Shown here: one piece after another, positions 1-15,000 of the stretch | Layout: each line of letters starts with the position of its first letter | How positions within the stretch are numbered: position 1 is the first letter of the stretch | Assembly (NCBI GenBank): GCA_032718475.1 | Contig: JAUCBJ010004630.1 | Coordinates: 62,001 to 126,000 of the forward strand | Length of the DNA: 64,000 nucleotides | Direction: 5' to 3' | Source: Nemertoderma westbladi | Lineage: Eukaryota > Animalia > Xenacoelomorpha | The notes under the pieces: model-generated | The model's input: the letters and a program-made list of their open reading frames with translations, nothing else | Database searches by the model: none | What the model was told of the DNA's origin: nothing | Made by a program: the position numbers and the translations under genes

Positions 1-3000
1 TTTATTTGCACTCACACAGATACTTTACACGAACCCCCTTCGAGGCTTTATTTGCACTCACACAGATACTTTACACTGCCCCCACTTCGAGACTTTATTT
101 GCACTCACACAGATACTTTACACGAACCCCCTTCGATCGAGGCTTTATTTGCACTCACACAGATACTTTACACTGCCCCCACTTCGAGGCTCTATTTGCA
201 CTCACACAGATACTTTACACGAACCCCCTTCGAGGCTTTATTTGCACTCACACAGATACTTTACACTGCCCCCACTTCGAGGCTTTATTTGCACTCACAC
301 AGATACTTTACACTGCCCCCACTTCGAGGCTTTATTTACACTCACACAGATACTTTACACTGCCCCCACTTCGAGGCTCTATTTGCACTCACACAGATAC
401 TTTACACGAACCCCCTTCGAGGCTTTATTTACACTCACACAGATACTTTACACTGCCCCCTTCGATCGAGGCTTTATTTGCACTCACACAGATACTTTAC
501 ACTGCCCCCACTTCGAGGCTTTATTTGCACTCACACAGATACTTTACACTGCCCCCACTTCGAGGCTCTATTTGCACTCACACAGATACTTTACACGAAC
601 CCCCTTCGATCGAGGCTTTATTTGCACTCACACAGATACTTTACACTGCCCCCACTTCGAGGCTCTATTTACACTCACACAGATACTTTACACTGCCCCC
701 ACTTCGAGGCTTTATTTACACTCACACAGATACTTTACACTGCCCCCACTTCGAGGCTCTATTTGCACTCACACAGATACTTTACACTGCCCCCACTTCG
801 AGGCTTTATTTACACTCACACATATACTTTACACTGCCCCCACTTCGAGGCTTTATTTACACTCACACAGATACTTTATACTGCCCCCACTTCGAGGCTT
901 TATTTACACTCACACATATACTTTACACTGCCCCCACTTCGAGGCTTTATTTACACTCACACAGATACTTTACACTGCCCCCACTTCGAGGCTTTATTTG
1001 CACTCACACAGATACTTTACACGAACCCCCTTCGAGGCTTTATTTACACTCACACAGATACTTTACACGAACCCCCTTCGAGGCTTTATTTACACTCACA
1101 CAGATACTTTACACTGCCCCCACTTCGAGGCTTTATTTGCACTCACACAGATACTTTACACGAACCCCCTTCGAGGCTTTATTTACACTCACACAGATAC
1201 TTTATACTGCCCCCACTTCGAGGCTTTATTTACACTCACACATATACTTTATACTGCCCCCACTTCGAGGCTTTATTTACACTCACACATATACTTTACA
1301 CTGCCCCCACTTCGAGGCTTTATTTACACTCACACAGATACTTTACACTGCCCCCACTTCGAGGCTTTATTTGCACTCACACAGATACTTTACACGAACC
1401 CCCTTCGAGGCTTTATTTACACTCACACAGATACTTTACACTGCCCCCACTTCGAGGCTTTATTTGCACTCACACAGATACTTTACACGAACCCCCTTCG
1501 AGGCTTTATTTACACTCACACAGATACTTTACACTGCCCCCACTTCGAGGCTTTATTTGCACTCACACAGATACTTTACACGAACCCCCTTCGAGGCTTT
1601 ATTTACACTCACACAGATACTTTATACTGCCCCCACTTCGAGGCTTTATTTACACTCACACAGATACTTTATACTGCCCCCACTTCGAGGCTTTATTTAC
1701 ACTCACACAGATACTTTACACTGCCCCCACTTCGAGGCTTTATTTACACTCACACAGATACTTTACACTGCCCCCACTTCGAGGCTTTATTTGCACTCAC
1801 ACAGATACTTTACACGAACCCCCTTCGAGGCTTTATTTACACTCACACAGATACTTTACACTGCCCCCACTTCGAGGCTTTATTTGCACTCACACAGATA
1901 CTTTACACGAACCCCCTTCGAGGCTTTATTTACACTCACACAGATACTTTACACTGCCCCCACTTCGAGGCTCTATTTGCACTCACACAGATACTTTACA
2001 CTGCCCCCACTTCGAGGCTTTATTTGCACTCACACAGATACTTTACACGAACCCCCTTCGATCGAGGCTTTATTTGCACTCACACAGATACTTTACACTG
2101 CCCCCACTTCGAGACTTTATTTGCACTCACACAGATACTTTACACTGCCCCCACTTCGAGGCTTTATTTACACTCACACAGATACTTTACACGAACCCCC
2201 TTCGAGGCTTTATTTACACTCACACAGATACTTTACACTGCCCCCACTTCGAGGCTCTATTTACACTCACACAGATACTTTATACTGCCCCCACTTCGAG
2301 GCTTTATTTACACTCACACAGATACTTTACACTGCCCCCACTTCGAGGCTTTATTTACACTCACACAGATACTTTACACTGCCCCCACTTCGAGGCTCTA
2401 TTTGCACTCACACAGATACTTTACACGAACCCCCTTCGAGGCTTTATTTACACTCACACAGATACTTTACACTGCCCCCACTTCGAGGCTTTATTTGCAC
2501 TCACACAACCCCCTTCGAGGCTTTATTTACACTCACACAGATACTTTACACTGCCCCCACTTCGAGGCTTTATTTGCACTCACACAGATACTTTACACTG
2601 CCCCCACTTCGAGGCTTTATTTGCACTCACACAGATACTTTACACGAACCCCCTTCGAGGCTTTATTTACACTCACACAGATACTTTACACTGCCCCCAC
2701 TTCGAGGCTTTATTTGCACTCACACAGATACTTTACACGAACCCCCTTCGATCGAGGCTTTATTTGCACTCACACAGATACTTTACACTGCCCCCACTTC
2801 GAGGCTTTATTTACACTCACACAGATACTTTACACTGCCCCCACTTCGAGGCTCTATTTGCACTCACACAGATACTTTACACGAACCCCCTTCGAGGCTT
2901 TATTTACACTCACACAGATACTTTACACTGAACCCCCTTCGAGGCTTTATTTACACTCACACAGATACTTTACACTGCCCCCACTTCGAGGCTTTATTTA

Positions 3001-6000
3001 CACTCACACAGATACTTTACACTGCCCCCACTTCGAGGCTTTATTTACACTCACACAGATACTTTACACTGCCCCCACTTCGAGGCTTTATTTGCACTCA
3101 CACAGATACTTTACACGAACCCCCTTCGATCGAGGCTCTATTTGCACTCACACAGATACTTTACACTGCCCCCACTTCGAGGCTTTATTTACACTCACAC
3201 AGATACTTTACACTGCCCCCACTTCGAGGCTTTATTTACACTCACACAGATACTTTACACTGCCCCCACTTCGAGGCTTTATTTACACTCACACAGATAC
3301 TTTACACTGCCCCCACTTCGAGGCTTTATTTACACTCACACAGATACTTTACACTGCCCCCACTTCGAGGCTCTATTTGCACTCACACAGATACTTTACA
3401 CGAACCCCCTTCGAGGCTTTATTTACACTCACACAGATACTTTACACTGCCCCCACTTCGAGGCTCTATTTGCACTCACACAGATACTTTACACGAACCC
3501 CCTTCGATCGAGGCTTTATTTGCACTCACACAGATACTTTACACTGCCCCCACTTCGAGGCTTTATTTGCACTCACACAGATACTTTACACTGCCCCCAC
3601 TTCGAGGCTTTATTTACACTCACACAGATACTTTACACTGCCCCCACTTCGAGGCTTTATTTGCACTCACACAGATACTTTACACGAACCCCCTTCGATC
3701 GAGGCTTTATTTGCACTCACACAGATACTTTACACTGCCCCCACTTCGAGGCTCTATTTACACTCACACAGATACTTTACACTGCCCCCACTTCGAGGCT
3801 TTATTTACACTCACACAGATACTTTACACTGCCCCCACTTCGAGGCTTTATTTGCACTCACACAGATACTTTACACTGCCCCCACTTCGAGGCTTTATTT
3901 GCACTCACACAGATACTTTACACTGCCCCCACTTCGAGGCTTTATTTGCACTCACACAGATACTTTACACTGCCCCCACTTCGAGGCTTTATTTGCACTC
4001 ACACAGATACTTTACACTGCCCCCACTTCGAGGCTTTATTTACACTCACACAGATACTTTACACGAACCCCCTTCGATCGAGGCTTTATTTGCACTCACA
4101 CAGATACTTTACACTGCCCCCACTTCGAGGCTTTATTTGCACTCACACAGATACTTTACACTGCCCCCACTTCGAGGCTTTATTTACACTCACACAGATA
4201 CTTTACACGAACCCCCTTCGATCGAGGCTTTATTTGCACTCACACAGATACTTTACACTGCCCCCACTTCGAGGCTTTATTTACACTCACACAGATACTT
4301 TACACTGCCCCCACTTCGAGGCTTTATTTACACTCACACAGATACTTTACACTGCCCCCACTTCGAGGCTTTATTTGCACTCACACAGATACTTTACACT
4401 GCCCCCACTTCGAGGCTTTATTTACACTCACACAGATACTTTACACTGCCCCCACTTCGAGGCTTTATTTGCACTCACACAGATACTTTATACTGCCCCC
4501 ACTTCGAGGCTTTATTTGCACTCACACAGATACTTTACACTGCCCCCACTTCGAGGCTTTATTTACACTCACACAGATACTTTACACTGCCCCCACTTCG
4601 AGGCTTTATTTGCACTCACACAGATACTTTACACTGCCCCCACTTCGAGGCTTTATTTGCACTCACACAGATACTTTACACTGCCCCCACTTCGAGGCTT
4701 TATTTACACTCACACAGATACTTTACACTGCCCCCACTTCGAGGCTTTATTTGCACTCACACAGATACTTTACACTGCCCCCACTTCGAGGCTTTATTTG
4801 CACTCACACAGATACTTTACACTGCCCCCACTTCGAGGCTTTATTTACACTCACACAGATACTTTACACGAACCCCCTTCGATCGAGGCTTTATTTACAC
4901 TCACACAGATACTTTACACTGCCCCCACTTCGAGGCTTTATTTGCACTCACACAGATACTTTACACTGCCCCCCTTCGAGGCTTTATTTGCACTCACACA
5001 GATACTTTACACGAACCCCCTTCGATCGAGGCTTTATTTACACTCACACAGATACTTTACACTGCCCCCACTTCGAGGCTTTATTTGCACTCACACAGAT
5101 ACTTTACACTGCCCCCACTTCGAGGCTTTATTTACACTCACACAGATACTTTACACGAACCCCCTTCGACAGGTTTTCTTTCGAGGCTTTATTTGCACTC
5201 ACACAGATACTTTACACTGCCCCCACTTCGAGGCTTTATTTACACTCACACAGATACTTTACACGAACCCCCTTCGATCGAGGCTTTATTTGCACTCACA
5301 CAGATACTTTACACTGCCCCCACTTCGAGGCTTTATTTGCACTCACACAGATACTTTACACTGCCCCCACTTCGAGGCTTTATTTGCACTCACACAGATA
5401 CTTTACACGAACCCCCTTCGATCGAGGCTTTATTTGCACTCACACAGATACTTTACACGAACCCCACTTCGATCGAGGCTTTATTTGCACTCACACAGAT
5501 ACTTTACACTGCCCCCACTTCGAGGCTTTATTTGCACTCACACAGATACTTTACACTGCCCCCACTTCGAGGCTTTATTTGCACTCACACAGATACTTTA
5601 CACTGCCCCCACTTCGAGGCTTTATTTACACTCACACAGATACTTTACACGAACCCCCTTCGATCGAGGCTTTATTTGCACTCACACAGATACTTTACAC
5701 TGCCCCCACTTCGAGGCTTTATTTGCACTCACACAGATACTTTACACTGCCCCCACTTCGAGGCTTTATTTGCACTCACACAGATACTTTACACGAACCC
5801 CCTTCGATCGAGGCTTTATTTGCACTCACACAGATACTTTACACTGCCCCCACTTCGAGGCTTTATTTGCACTCACACAGATACTTTACACTGCCCCCAC
5901 TTCGAGGCTTTATTTGCACTCACACAGATACTTTACACTGCCCCCACTTCGAGGCTTTATTTGCACTCACACAGATACTTTACACTGCCCCCACTTCGAG

Positions 6001-9000
6001 GCTTTATTTACACTCACACAGATACTTTACACGAACCCCCTTCGATCGAGGCTTTATTTGCACTCACACAGATACTTTACACTGCCCCCACTTCGAGGCT
6101 TTATTTACACTCACACAGATACTTTACACGAACCCCCTTCGATCGAGGCTTTATTTGCACTCACACAGATACTTTACACTGCCCCCACTTCGAGGCTTTA
6201 TTTACACTCACACAGATACTTTACACGAACCCCCTTCGATCGAGGCTTTATTTGCACTCACACAGATACTTTACACTGCCCCCACTTCGAGGCTTTATTT
6301 GCACTCACACAGATACTTTACACGAACCCCCTTCGATCGAGGCTTTATTTGCACTCACACAGATACTTTACACTGCCCCCACTTCGAGGCTTTATTTACA
6401 CTCACACAGATACTTTACACGAACCCCCTTCGATCGAGGCTTTATTTGCACTCACACAGATACTTTACACTGCCCCCACTTCGAGGCTTTATTTACACTC
6501 ACACAGATACTTTACACGAACCCCCTTCGATCGAGGCTTTATTTGCACTCACACAGATACTTTACACTGCCCCCACTTCGAGGCTTTATTTGCACTCACA
6601 CAGATACTTTACACGAACCCCCTTCGATCGAGGCTTTATTTGCACTCACACAGATACTTTACACTGCCCCCACTTCGAGGCTTTATTTGCACTCACACAG
6701 ATACTTTACACGAACCCCCTTCGATCGAGGCTTTATTTGCACTCACACAGATACTTTACACGAACCCCCTTCGATCGAGGCTTTATTTGCACTCACACAG
6801 ATACTTTACACTGCCCCCACTTCGAGGCTTTATTTGCACTCACACAGATACTTTACACGAACCCCCTTCGATCGAGGCTTTATTTGCACTCACACAGATA
6901 CTTTACACTGCCCCCACTTCGAGGCTTTATTTACACTCACACAGATACTTTACACGAACCCCCTTCGATCGAGGCTTTATTTGCACTCACACAGATACTT
7001 TACACTGCCCCCACTTCGAGGCTTTATTTACACTCACACAGATACTTTACACGAACCCCCTTCGATCGAGGCTTTATTTGCACTCACACAGATACTTTAC
7101 ACTGCCCCCACTTCGAGGCTTTATTTGCACTCACACAGATACTTTACACTGCCCCCACTTCGAGGCTTTATTTACACTCACACAGATACTTTACACTGCC
7201 CCCACTTCGAGGCTTTATTTGCACTCACACAGATACTTTACACTGCCCCCACTTCGAGGCTTTATTTACACTCACACAGATACTTTACACGAACCCCCTT
7301 CGATCGAGGCTTTATTTGCACTCACACAGATACTTTACACTGCCCCCACTTCGAGGCTTTATTTACACTCACACAGATACTTTACACGAACCCCCTTCGA
7401 TCGAGGCTTTATTTGCACTCACACAGATACTTTACACTGCCCCCACTTCGAGGCTTTATTTGCACTCACACAGATACTTTACACGAACCCCCTTCGATCG
7501 AGGCTTTATTTGCACTCACACAGATACTTTACACTGCCCCCACTTCGAGGCTTTATTTGCACTCACACAGATACTTTACACTGCCCCCACTTCGAGGCTT
7601 TATTTACACTCACACAGATACTTTACACTGCCCCCACTTCGAGGCTTTATTTGCACTCACACAGATACTTTACACTGCCCCCACTTCGAGGCTTTATTTA
7701 CACTCACACAGATACTTTACACGAACCCCCTTCGATCGAGGCTTTATTTGCACTCACACAGATACTTTACACTGCCCCCACTTCGAGGCTTTATTTGCAC
7801 TCACACAGATACTTTACACTGCCCCCACTTCGAGGCTTTATTTACACTCACACAGATACTTTACACGAACCCCCTTCGATCGAGGCTTTATTTGCACTCA
7901 CACAGATACTTTACACTGCCCCCACTTCGAGGCTTTATTTGCACTCACACAGATACTTTACACTGCCCCCACTTCGAGGCTTTATTTGCACTCACACAGA
8001 TACTTTACACGAACCCCCTTCGATCGAGGCTTTATTTGCACTCACACAGATACTTTACACTGCCCCCACTTCGAGGCTTTATTTGCACTCACACAGATAC
8101 TTTACACTGCCCCCACTTCGAGGCTTTATTTGCACTCACACAGATACTTTACACTGCCCCCACTTCGAGGCTTTATTTGCACTCACACAGATACTTTACA
8201 CGACCCCCTTCGAGGCTTTATTTGCACTCACACAGATACTTTACACGAACCCCCTTCGATCGAGGCTTTATTTGCACTCACACAGATACTTTACACTGCC
8301 CCCACTTCGAGGCTTTATTTGCACTCACACAGATACTTTACACTGCCCCCACTTCGAGGCTTTATTTGCACTCACACAGATACTTTACACTGCCCCCACT
8401 TCGAGGCTTTATTTACACTCACACAGATACTTTACACTGCCCCCACTTCGAGGCTTTATTTACACTCACACAGATACTTTACACTGCCCCCACTTCGAGG
8501 CTTTATTTGCACTCACACAGATACTTTACACTGCCCCCACTTCGAGGCTTTATTTGCACTCACACAGATACTTTACACTGCCCCCACTTCGAGGCTTTAT
8601 TTGCACTCACACAGATACTTTACACTGCCCCCACTTCGAGGCTTTATTTGCACTCACACAGATACTTTACACTGCCCCCACTTCGAGGCTTTATTTGCAC
8701 TCACACAGATACTTTACACGAACCCCCTTCGATCGAGGCTTTATTTGCACTCACACAGATACTTTACACTGCCCCCACTTCGAGGCTTTATTTACACTCA
8801 CACAGATACTTTACACTGCCCCCACTTCGAGGCTTTATTTGCACTCACACAGATACTTTACACTGCCCCCACTTCGAGGCTTTATTTACACTCACACAGA
8901 TACTTTACACGAACCCCCTTCGAGGCTTTATTTGCACTCACACAGATACTTTACACGAACCCCCTTCGATCGAGGCTTTATTTGCACTCACACAGATACT

Positions 9001-12000
9001 TTACACTGCCCCCACTTCGAGGCTTTATTTGCACTCACACAGATACTTTACACTGCCCCCACTTCGAGGCTTTATTTGCACTCACACAGATACTTTACAC
9101 GAACCCCCTTCGATCGAGGCTTTATTTGCACTCACACAGATACTTTACACTGCCCCCACTTCGAGGCTTTATTTACACTCACACAGATACTTTACACTGC
9201 CCCCACTTCGAGGCTTTATTTACACTCACACAGATACTTTACACGAACCCCCTTCGATCGAGGCTTTATTTGCACTCACACAGATACTTTACACTGCCCC
9301 CACTTCGAGGCTTTATTTACACTCACACAGATACTTTACACGAACCCCCTTCGATCGAGGCTTTATTTGCACTCACACAGATACTTTACACTGCCCCCAC
9401 TTCGAGGCTTTATTTGCACTCACACAGATACTTTACACTGCCCCCACTTCGAGGCTTTATTTGCACTCACACAGATACTTTACACGAACCCCCTTCGATC
9501 GAGGCTTTATTTACACTCACACAGATACTTTACATTGCCCCCACTTCGAGGCTTTATTTGCACTCACACAGATACTTTACACTGCCCCCACTTCGAGGCT
9601 TTATTTGCACTCACACAGATACTTTACACGAACCCCCTTCGAGGCTTTATTTGCACTCACACAGATACTTTACACTGCCCCCACTTCGTGGCTTTATTTG
9701 CACTCACACAGATACTTTACACTGCCCCCACTTCGAGGCTTTATTTGCACTCACACAGATACTTTACACTGCCCCCACTTCGTGGCTTTATTTGCACTCA
9801 CACAGATACTTTACACTGCCCCCACTTCGAGGCTTTATTTGCACTCACACAGATACTTTACACTGCCCCCACTTCGAGGCTTTATTTGCACTCACACAGA
9901 TACTTTACACTGCCCCCACTTCGAGGCTTTATTTGCACTCACACAGATACTTTACACTGCCCCCCCTTCGTGGCTTTATTTACACTCACACAGATACTTT
10001 ACACGAACCCCCTTCGATCGAGGCTTTATTTACACTCACACAGATACTTTACATTGCCCCCACTTCGAGGCTTTATTTGCACTCACACAGATACTTTACA
10101 CTGCCCAAACTTCGAGACTTTATTTACACTCACACAGATACTTTACACGAACCCCCTTCGAGGCTTTATTTGCACTCACACAGATACTTTACACTGCCCC
10201 CACTTCGTGGCTTTATTTGCACTCACACAGATACTTTACACTGCCCCCACTTCGAGGCTTTATTTGCACTCACACAGATACTTTACACTGCCCCCACTTC
10301 GAGGCTTTATTTGCACTCACACAGATACTTTACACTGCCCCCACTTCGAGGCTTTATTTGCACTCACACAGATACTTTACACTGCCCCCACTTCGAGGCT
10401 TTATTTGCACTCACACAGATACTTTACACTGCCCCCACTTCGAGGCTTTATTTGCACTCACACATATACTTTACACTGCCCCCACTTCGAGGCTTTATTT
10501 GCACTCACACAGATACTTTACACTGCCCCCACTTCGAGGCTTTATTTGCACTCACACAGATACTTTACACTGCCCCCACTTCGAGGCTTTATTTGCACTC
10601 ACACAGATACTTTACACTGCCCCCACTTCGAGGCTTTATTTGCACTCACACAGATACTTTACACTGCCCCCACTTCGAGGCTTTATTTGCACTCACACAG
10701 ATACTTTACACTGCCCCCACTTCGAGGCTTTATTTGCACTCACACAGTTACTTTACACGAACCCCCTTCGATCGAGGCTTTATTTGCACTCACACAGATA
10801 CTTTACACTGCCCCCACTTCGTGGCTTTATTTGCACTCACACAGATACTTTACACTGCCCCCACTTCGAGGCTTTATTTGCACTCACACAGATACTTTAC
10901 ACTGCCCCCACTTCGAGGCTTTATTTGCACTCACACAGATACTTTACACTGCCCCCACTTCGAGGCTTTATTTGCACTCACACAGTTACTTTACACGAAC
11001 CCCCTTCGATCGAGGCTTTATTTACACTCACACAGATACTTTACATTGCCCCCACTTCGAGGCTTTATTTGCACTCACACAGATACTTTACATTGCCCCC
11101 ACTTCGAGGCTTTATTTGCACTCACACAGACACTTTACACTGCCCCCACTTCGAGGCTCTATTTGCACTCACACAGATACTTTACACTGCCCCCACTTCG
11201 AGGCTCTATTTGCACTCACACAGATACTTTACACGAACCCCCTTCGATCGAGGCTTTATTTGCACTCACACAGATACTTTACACTGCCCCCACTTCGAGG
11301 CTCTATTTGCACTCACACAGATACTTTACACGAACCCCCTTCGATCGAGGTTTTATTTGCACTCACACAGATACTTTACACTGCCCCCACTTCGAGGCTC
11401 TATTTGCACTCACACAGATACTTTACACGAACCCCCTTCGATCGAGGCTTTATTTGCACTCACACAGATACTTTACACTGCCCCCACTTCGAGGCTCTAT
11501 TTGCACTCACACAGATACTTTACACGAACCCCCTTCGATCGAGGTTTTATTTGCACTCACACAGATACTTTACATTGCCCCCACTTCGAGGCTTTATTTG
11601 CACTCACACAGACACTTTACACTGCCCCCACTTCGAGGCTTTATTTACACTCACACAGATACTTTACACTGTCCCCACTTCGAGGCTTTATTTGCACTCA
11701 CACAGATACTTTACACGAACCCCCTTCGATCGAGGTTTTATTTGCACTCACACAGATACTTTACACTGCCCCCACTTCGACGCTTTATTTGCACTCACAC
11801 AGATACTTTACACTGCCCCCACTTCGAGGCTTTATTTACACTCACACAGATACTTTACACTGCCCCCACTTCGAGGCTTTATTTACACTCACACAGATAC
11901 TTTATACTGCCCCCACTTCGAGGCTTTATTTACACTCACACAGATACTTTACACTGCCCCCACTTCGAGGCTTTATTTGCACTCACACAGATACTTTACA

Positions 12001-15000
12001 CGAACCCCCTTCGAGGCTTTATTTGCACTCACACAGATACTTTACACTGCCCCCACTTCGTGGCTTTATTTGCACTCACACAGATACTTTACACTGCCCC
12101 CACTTCGAGGTTTTATTTACACTCACACAGATATCCTACACTGCCCCCACTTCGAGGCTTTATTTGCACTCACACAGATACTTTACACGAACCCCCTTCG
12201 ATCGAGGTTTTATTTACACTCACACAGATACTTTACACTGCCCCCACTTCGAGGCTTTATTTGCACTCACACAGATATCCTACACTGCCCCCACTTCGAG
12301 GCTTTATTTGCACTCACACAGATACTTTACACTGCCCAAACTTCGAGGCTTTATTTGCACTCACACAGATACTTTACACGAACCCCCTTCGATCGAGGTT
12401 TTATTTACACTCACACAGATACTTTACACTGCCCCCACTTCGAGGCTTTATTTGCACTCACACAGATACTTTACACTGCCCCCACTTCGAGGCTTTATTT
12501 GCACTCACACAGATACTTTACACTGCCCAAACTTCGAGGCTTTATTTACACTCACACAGATACTTTACACGAACCCCCTTCGATCGAGGTTTTATTTACA
12601 CTCACACAGATACTTTACACTGCCCCCACTTCGAGGCTTTATTTGCACTCACACAGATACTTTATACTGCCCCCACTTCGAGGCTTTATTTACACTCACA
12701 CAGATACTTTACACTGCCCCCACTTCGAGGCTTTATTTGCACTCACACAGATATCCTACACTGCCCCCACTTCGAGGCTTTATTTGCACTCACACAGATA
12801 CTTTACACTGCCCCCACTTCGAGGCTCTATTTGCACTCACACAGATACTTTACACTGCCCCCACTTCGTGGCTTTATTTGCACTCACACAGATACTTTAC
12901 ACTGTCCCCACTTCGAGGCTTTATTTGCACTCACACAGATACTTTACACGAACCCCCTTCGATCGAGGCTTTATTTGCACTCACACAGATACTTTACACT
13001 GCCCCCACTTCGAGGCTTTATTTACACTCACACAGATACTTTACACGAACCCCCTTCGATCGAGGCTTTATTTGCACTCACACAGATACTTTACACTGCC
13101 CCCACTTCGAGGCTTTATTTGCACTCACACAGATACTTTATACTGCCCCCACTTCGAGGCTTTATTTGCACTCACACAGATACTTTACACTGCCCCCACT
13201 TCGTGGCTTTATTTGCACTCACACAGATACTTTACACTGCCACCACTTCGTGGCTTTATTTGCACTCACACAGATACTTTACACTGCCCCCACTTCGAGG
13301 CTTTATTTACACTCACACAGATACTTTACACGAACCCCCTTCGATCGAGGCTTTATTTGCACTCACACAGATACTTTACACTGCCCCCACTTCGAGGCTT
13401 TATTTGCACTCACACAGATACTTTACACTGCCCCCACTTCGTGGCTTTATTTGCACTCACACAGATACTTTACACTGTCCCCACTTCGAGGCTTTATTTA
13501 CACTCACACAGATACTTTACACGAACCCCCTTCGATCGAGGTTTTATTTGCACTCACACAGATACTTTATACTGCCCCTACTTCGAGGCTTTATTTACAC
13601 TCACACAGATACTTTACACTGCCCCTACTTCGAGGCTTTATTTACACTCACACAGATACTTTACACTGCCCCCACTTCGAGGCTTTATTTACACTCACAC
13701 AGATACTTTACACTGCCCCCACTTCGAGGCTTTATTTGCACTCACACAGATACTTTACACTGTCCCCACTTCGAGGCTTTATTTACACTCACACAGATAC
13801 TTTACACGAACCCCCTTCGATCGAGGTTTTATTTGCACTCACACAGATACTTTATACTGCCCCCACTTCGAGGCTTTATTTGCACTCACACAGATACTTT
13901 ACACGAACCCCCTTCGATCGAGGCTTTATTTACACTCACACAGATACTTTACACGAACCCCCTTCGATCGAGGCTTTATTTACACTCACACAGATACTTT
14001 ACACGAACCCCCTTCGATCGAGGCTTTATTTGCACTCACACAGATACTTTACACTGCCCCCACTTCGAGGCTTTATTTACACTCACACAGATACTTTACA
14101 CTGCCCCCACTTCGAGGCTTTATTTACACTCACACAGATACTTTACACGAACCCCCTTCGATCGAGGCTTTATTTGCACTCACACAGATACTTTACACTG
14201 CCCCCACTTCGAGGCTTTATTTGCACTCACACAGATACTTTACACGAACCCCCTTCGAGGCTTTATTTGCACTCACACAGATACTTTACACGAACCCCCT
14301 TCGATCGAGGTTTTATTTGCACTCACACAGATACTTTACACTGCCCCCACTTCGAGGCTTTATTTACACTCACACAGATACTTTACACGAACCCCCTTCG
14401 ATCGAGGTTTTATTTGCACTCACACAGATACTTTACACTGCCCCCACTTCGAGGCTTTATTTACACTCACACAGATACTTTACACTGCCCCCACTTCGAG
14501 GCTTTATTTGCACTCACACAGATACTTTACACTGCCCCCACTTCGAGGCTTTATTTACACTCACACAGATACTTTACACGAACCCCCTTCGATCGAGGCT
14601 TTATTTGCACTCACACAGATACTTTACACTGCCCCCACTTCGAGGCTTTATTTACACTCACACAGATACTTTACACGAACCCCCTTCGATCGAGGTTTTA
14701 TTTGCACTCACACAGATACTTTACACTGCCCCCACTTCGAGGCTTTATTTACACTCACACAGATACTTTACACTGCCCCCACTTCGAGGCTTTATTTGCA
14801 CTCACACAGATACTTTACACTGCCCCCACTTCGAGGCTTTATTTACACTCACACAGATACTTTACACGAACCCCCTTCGATCGAGGCTTTATTTGCACTC
14901 ACACAGATACTTTACACTGCCCCCACTTCGAGGCTTTATTTACACTCACACAGATACTTTACACGAACCCCCTTCGATCGAGGCTTTATTTACACTCACA

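Noticed and set aside
1-94. Hammerhead-like reading of the satellite minus strand (CTGTGTGAG...CTCGAAG)
   Set aside because: The core does not match CUGANGA/GAAA, and stems I and III cannot be formed.
1-94. Splice-signal-like words in each monomer (CTCAC..ACAG on +, GTGAGT on -)
   Set aside because: Donor- and acceptor-like words are on opposite strands and short enough to be chance; no exon context.
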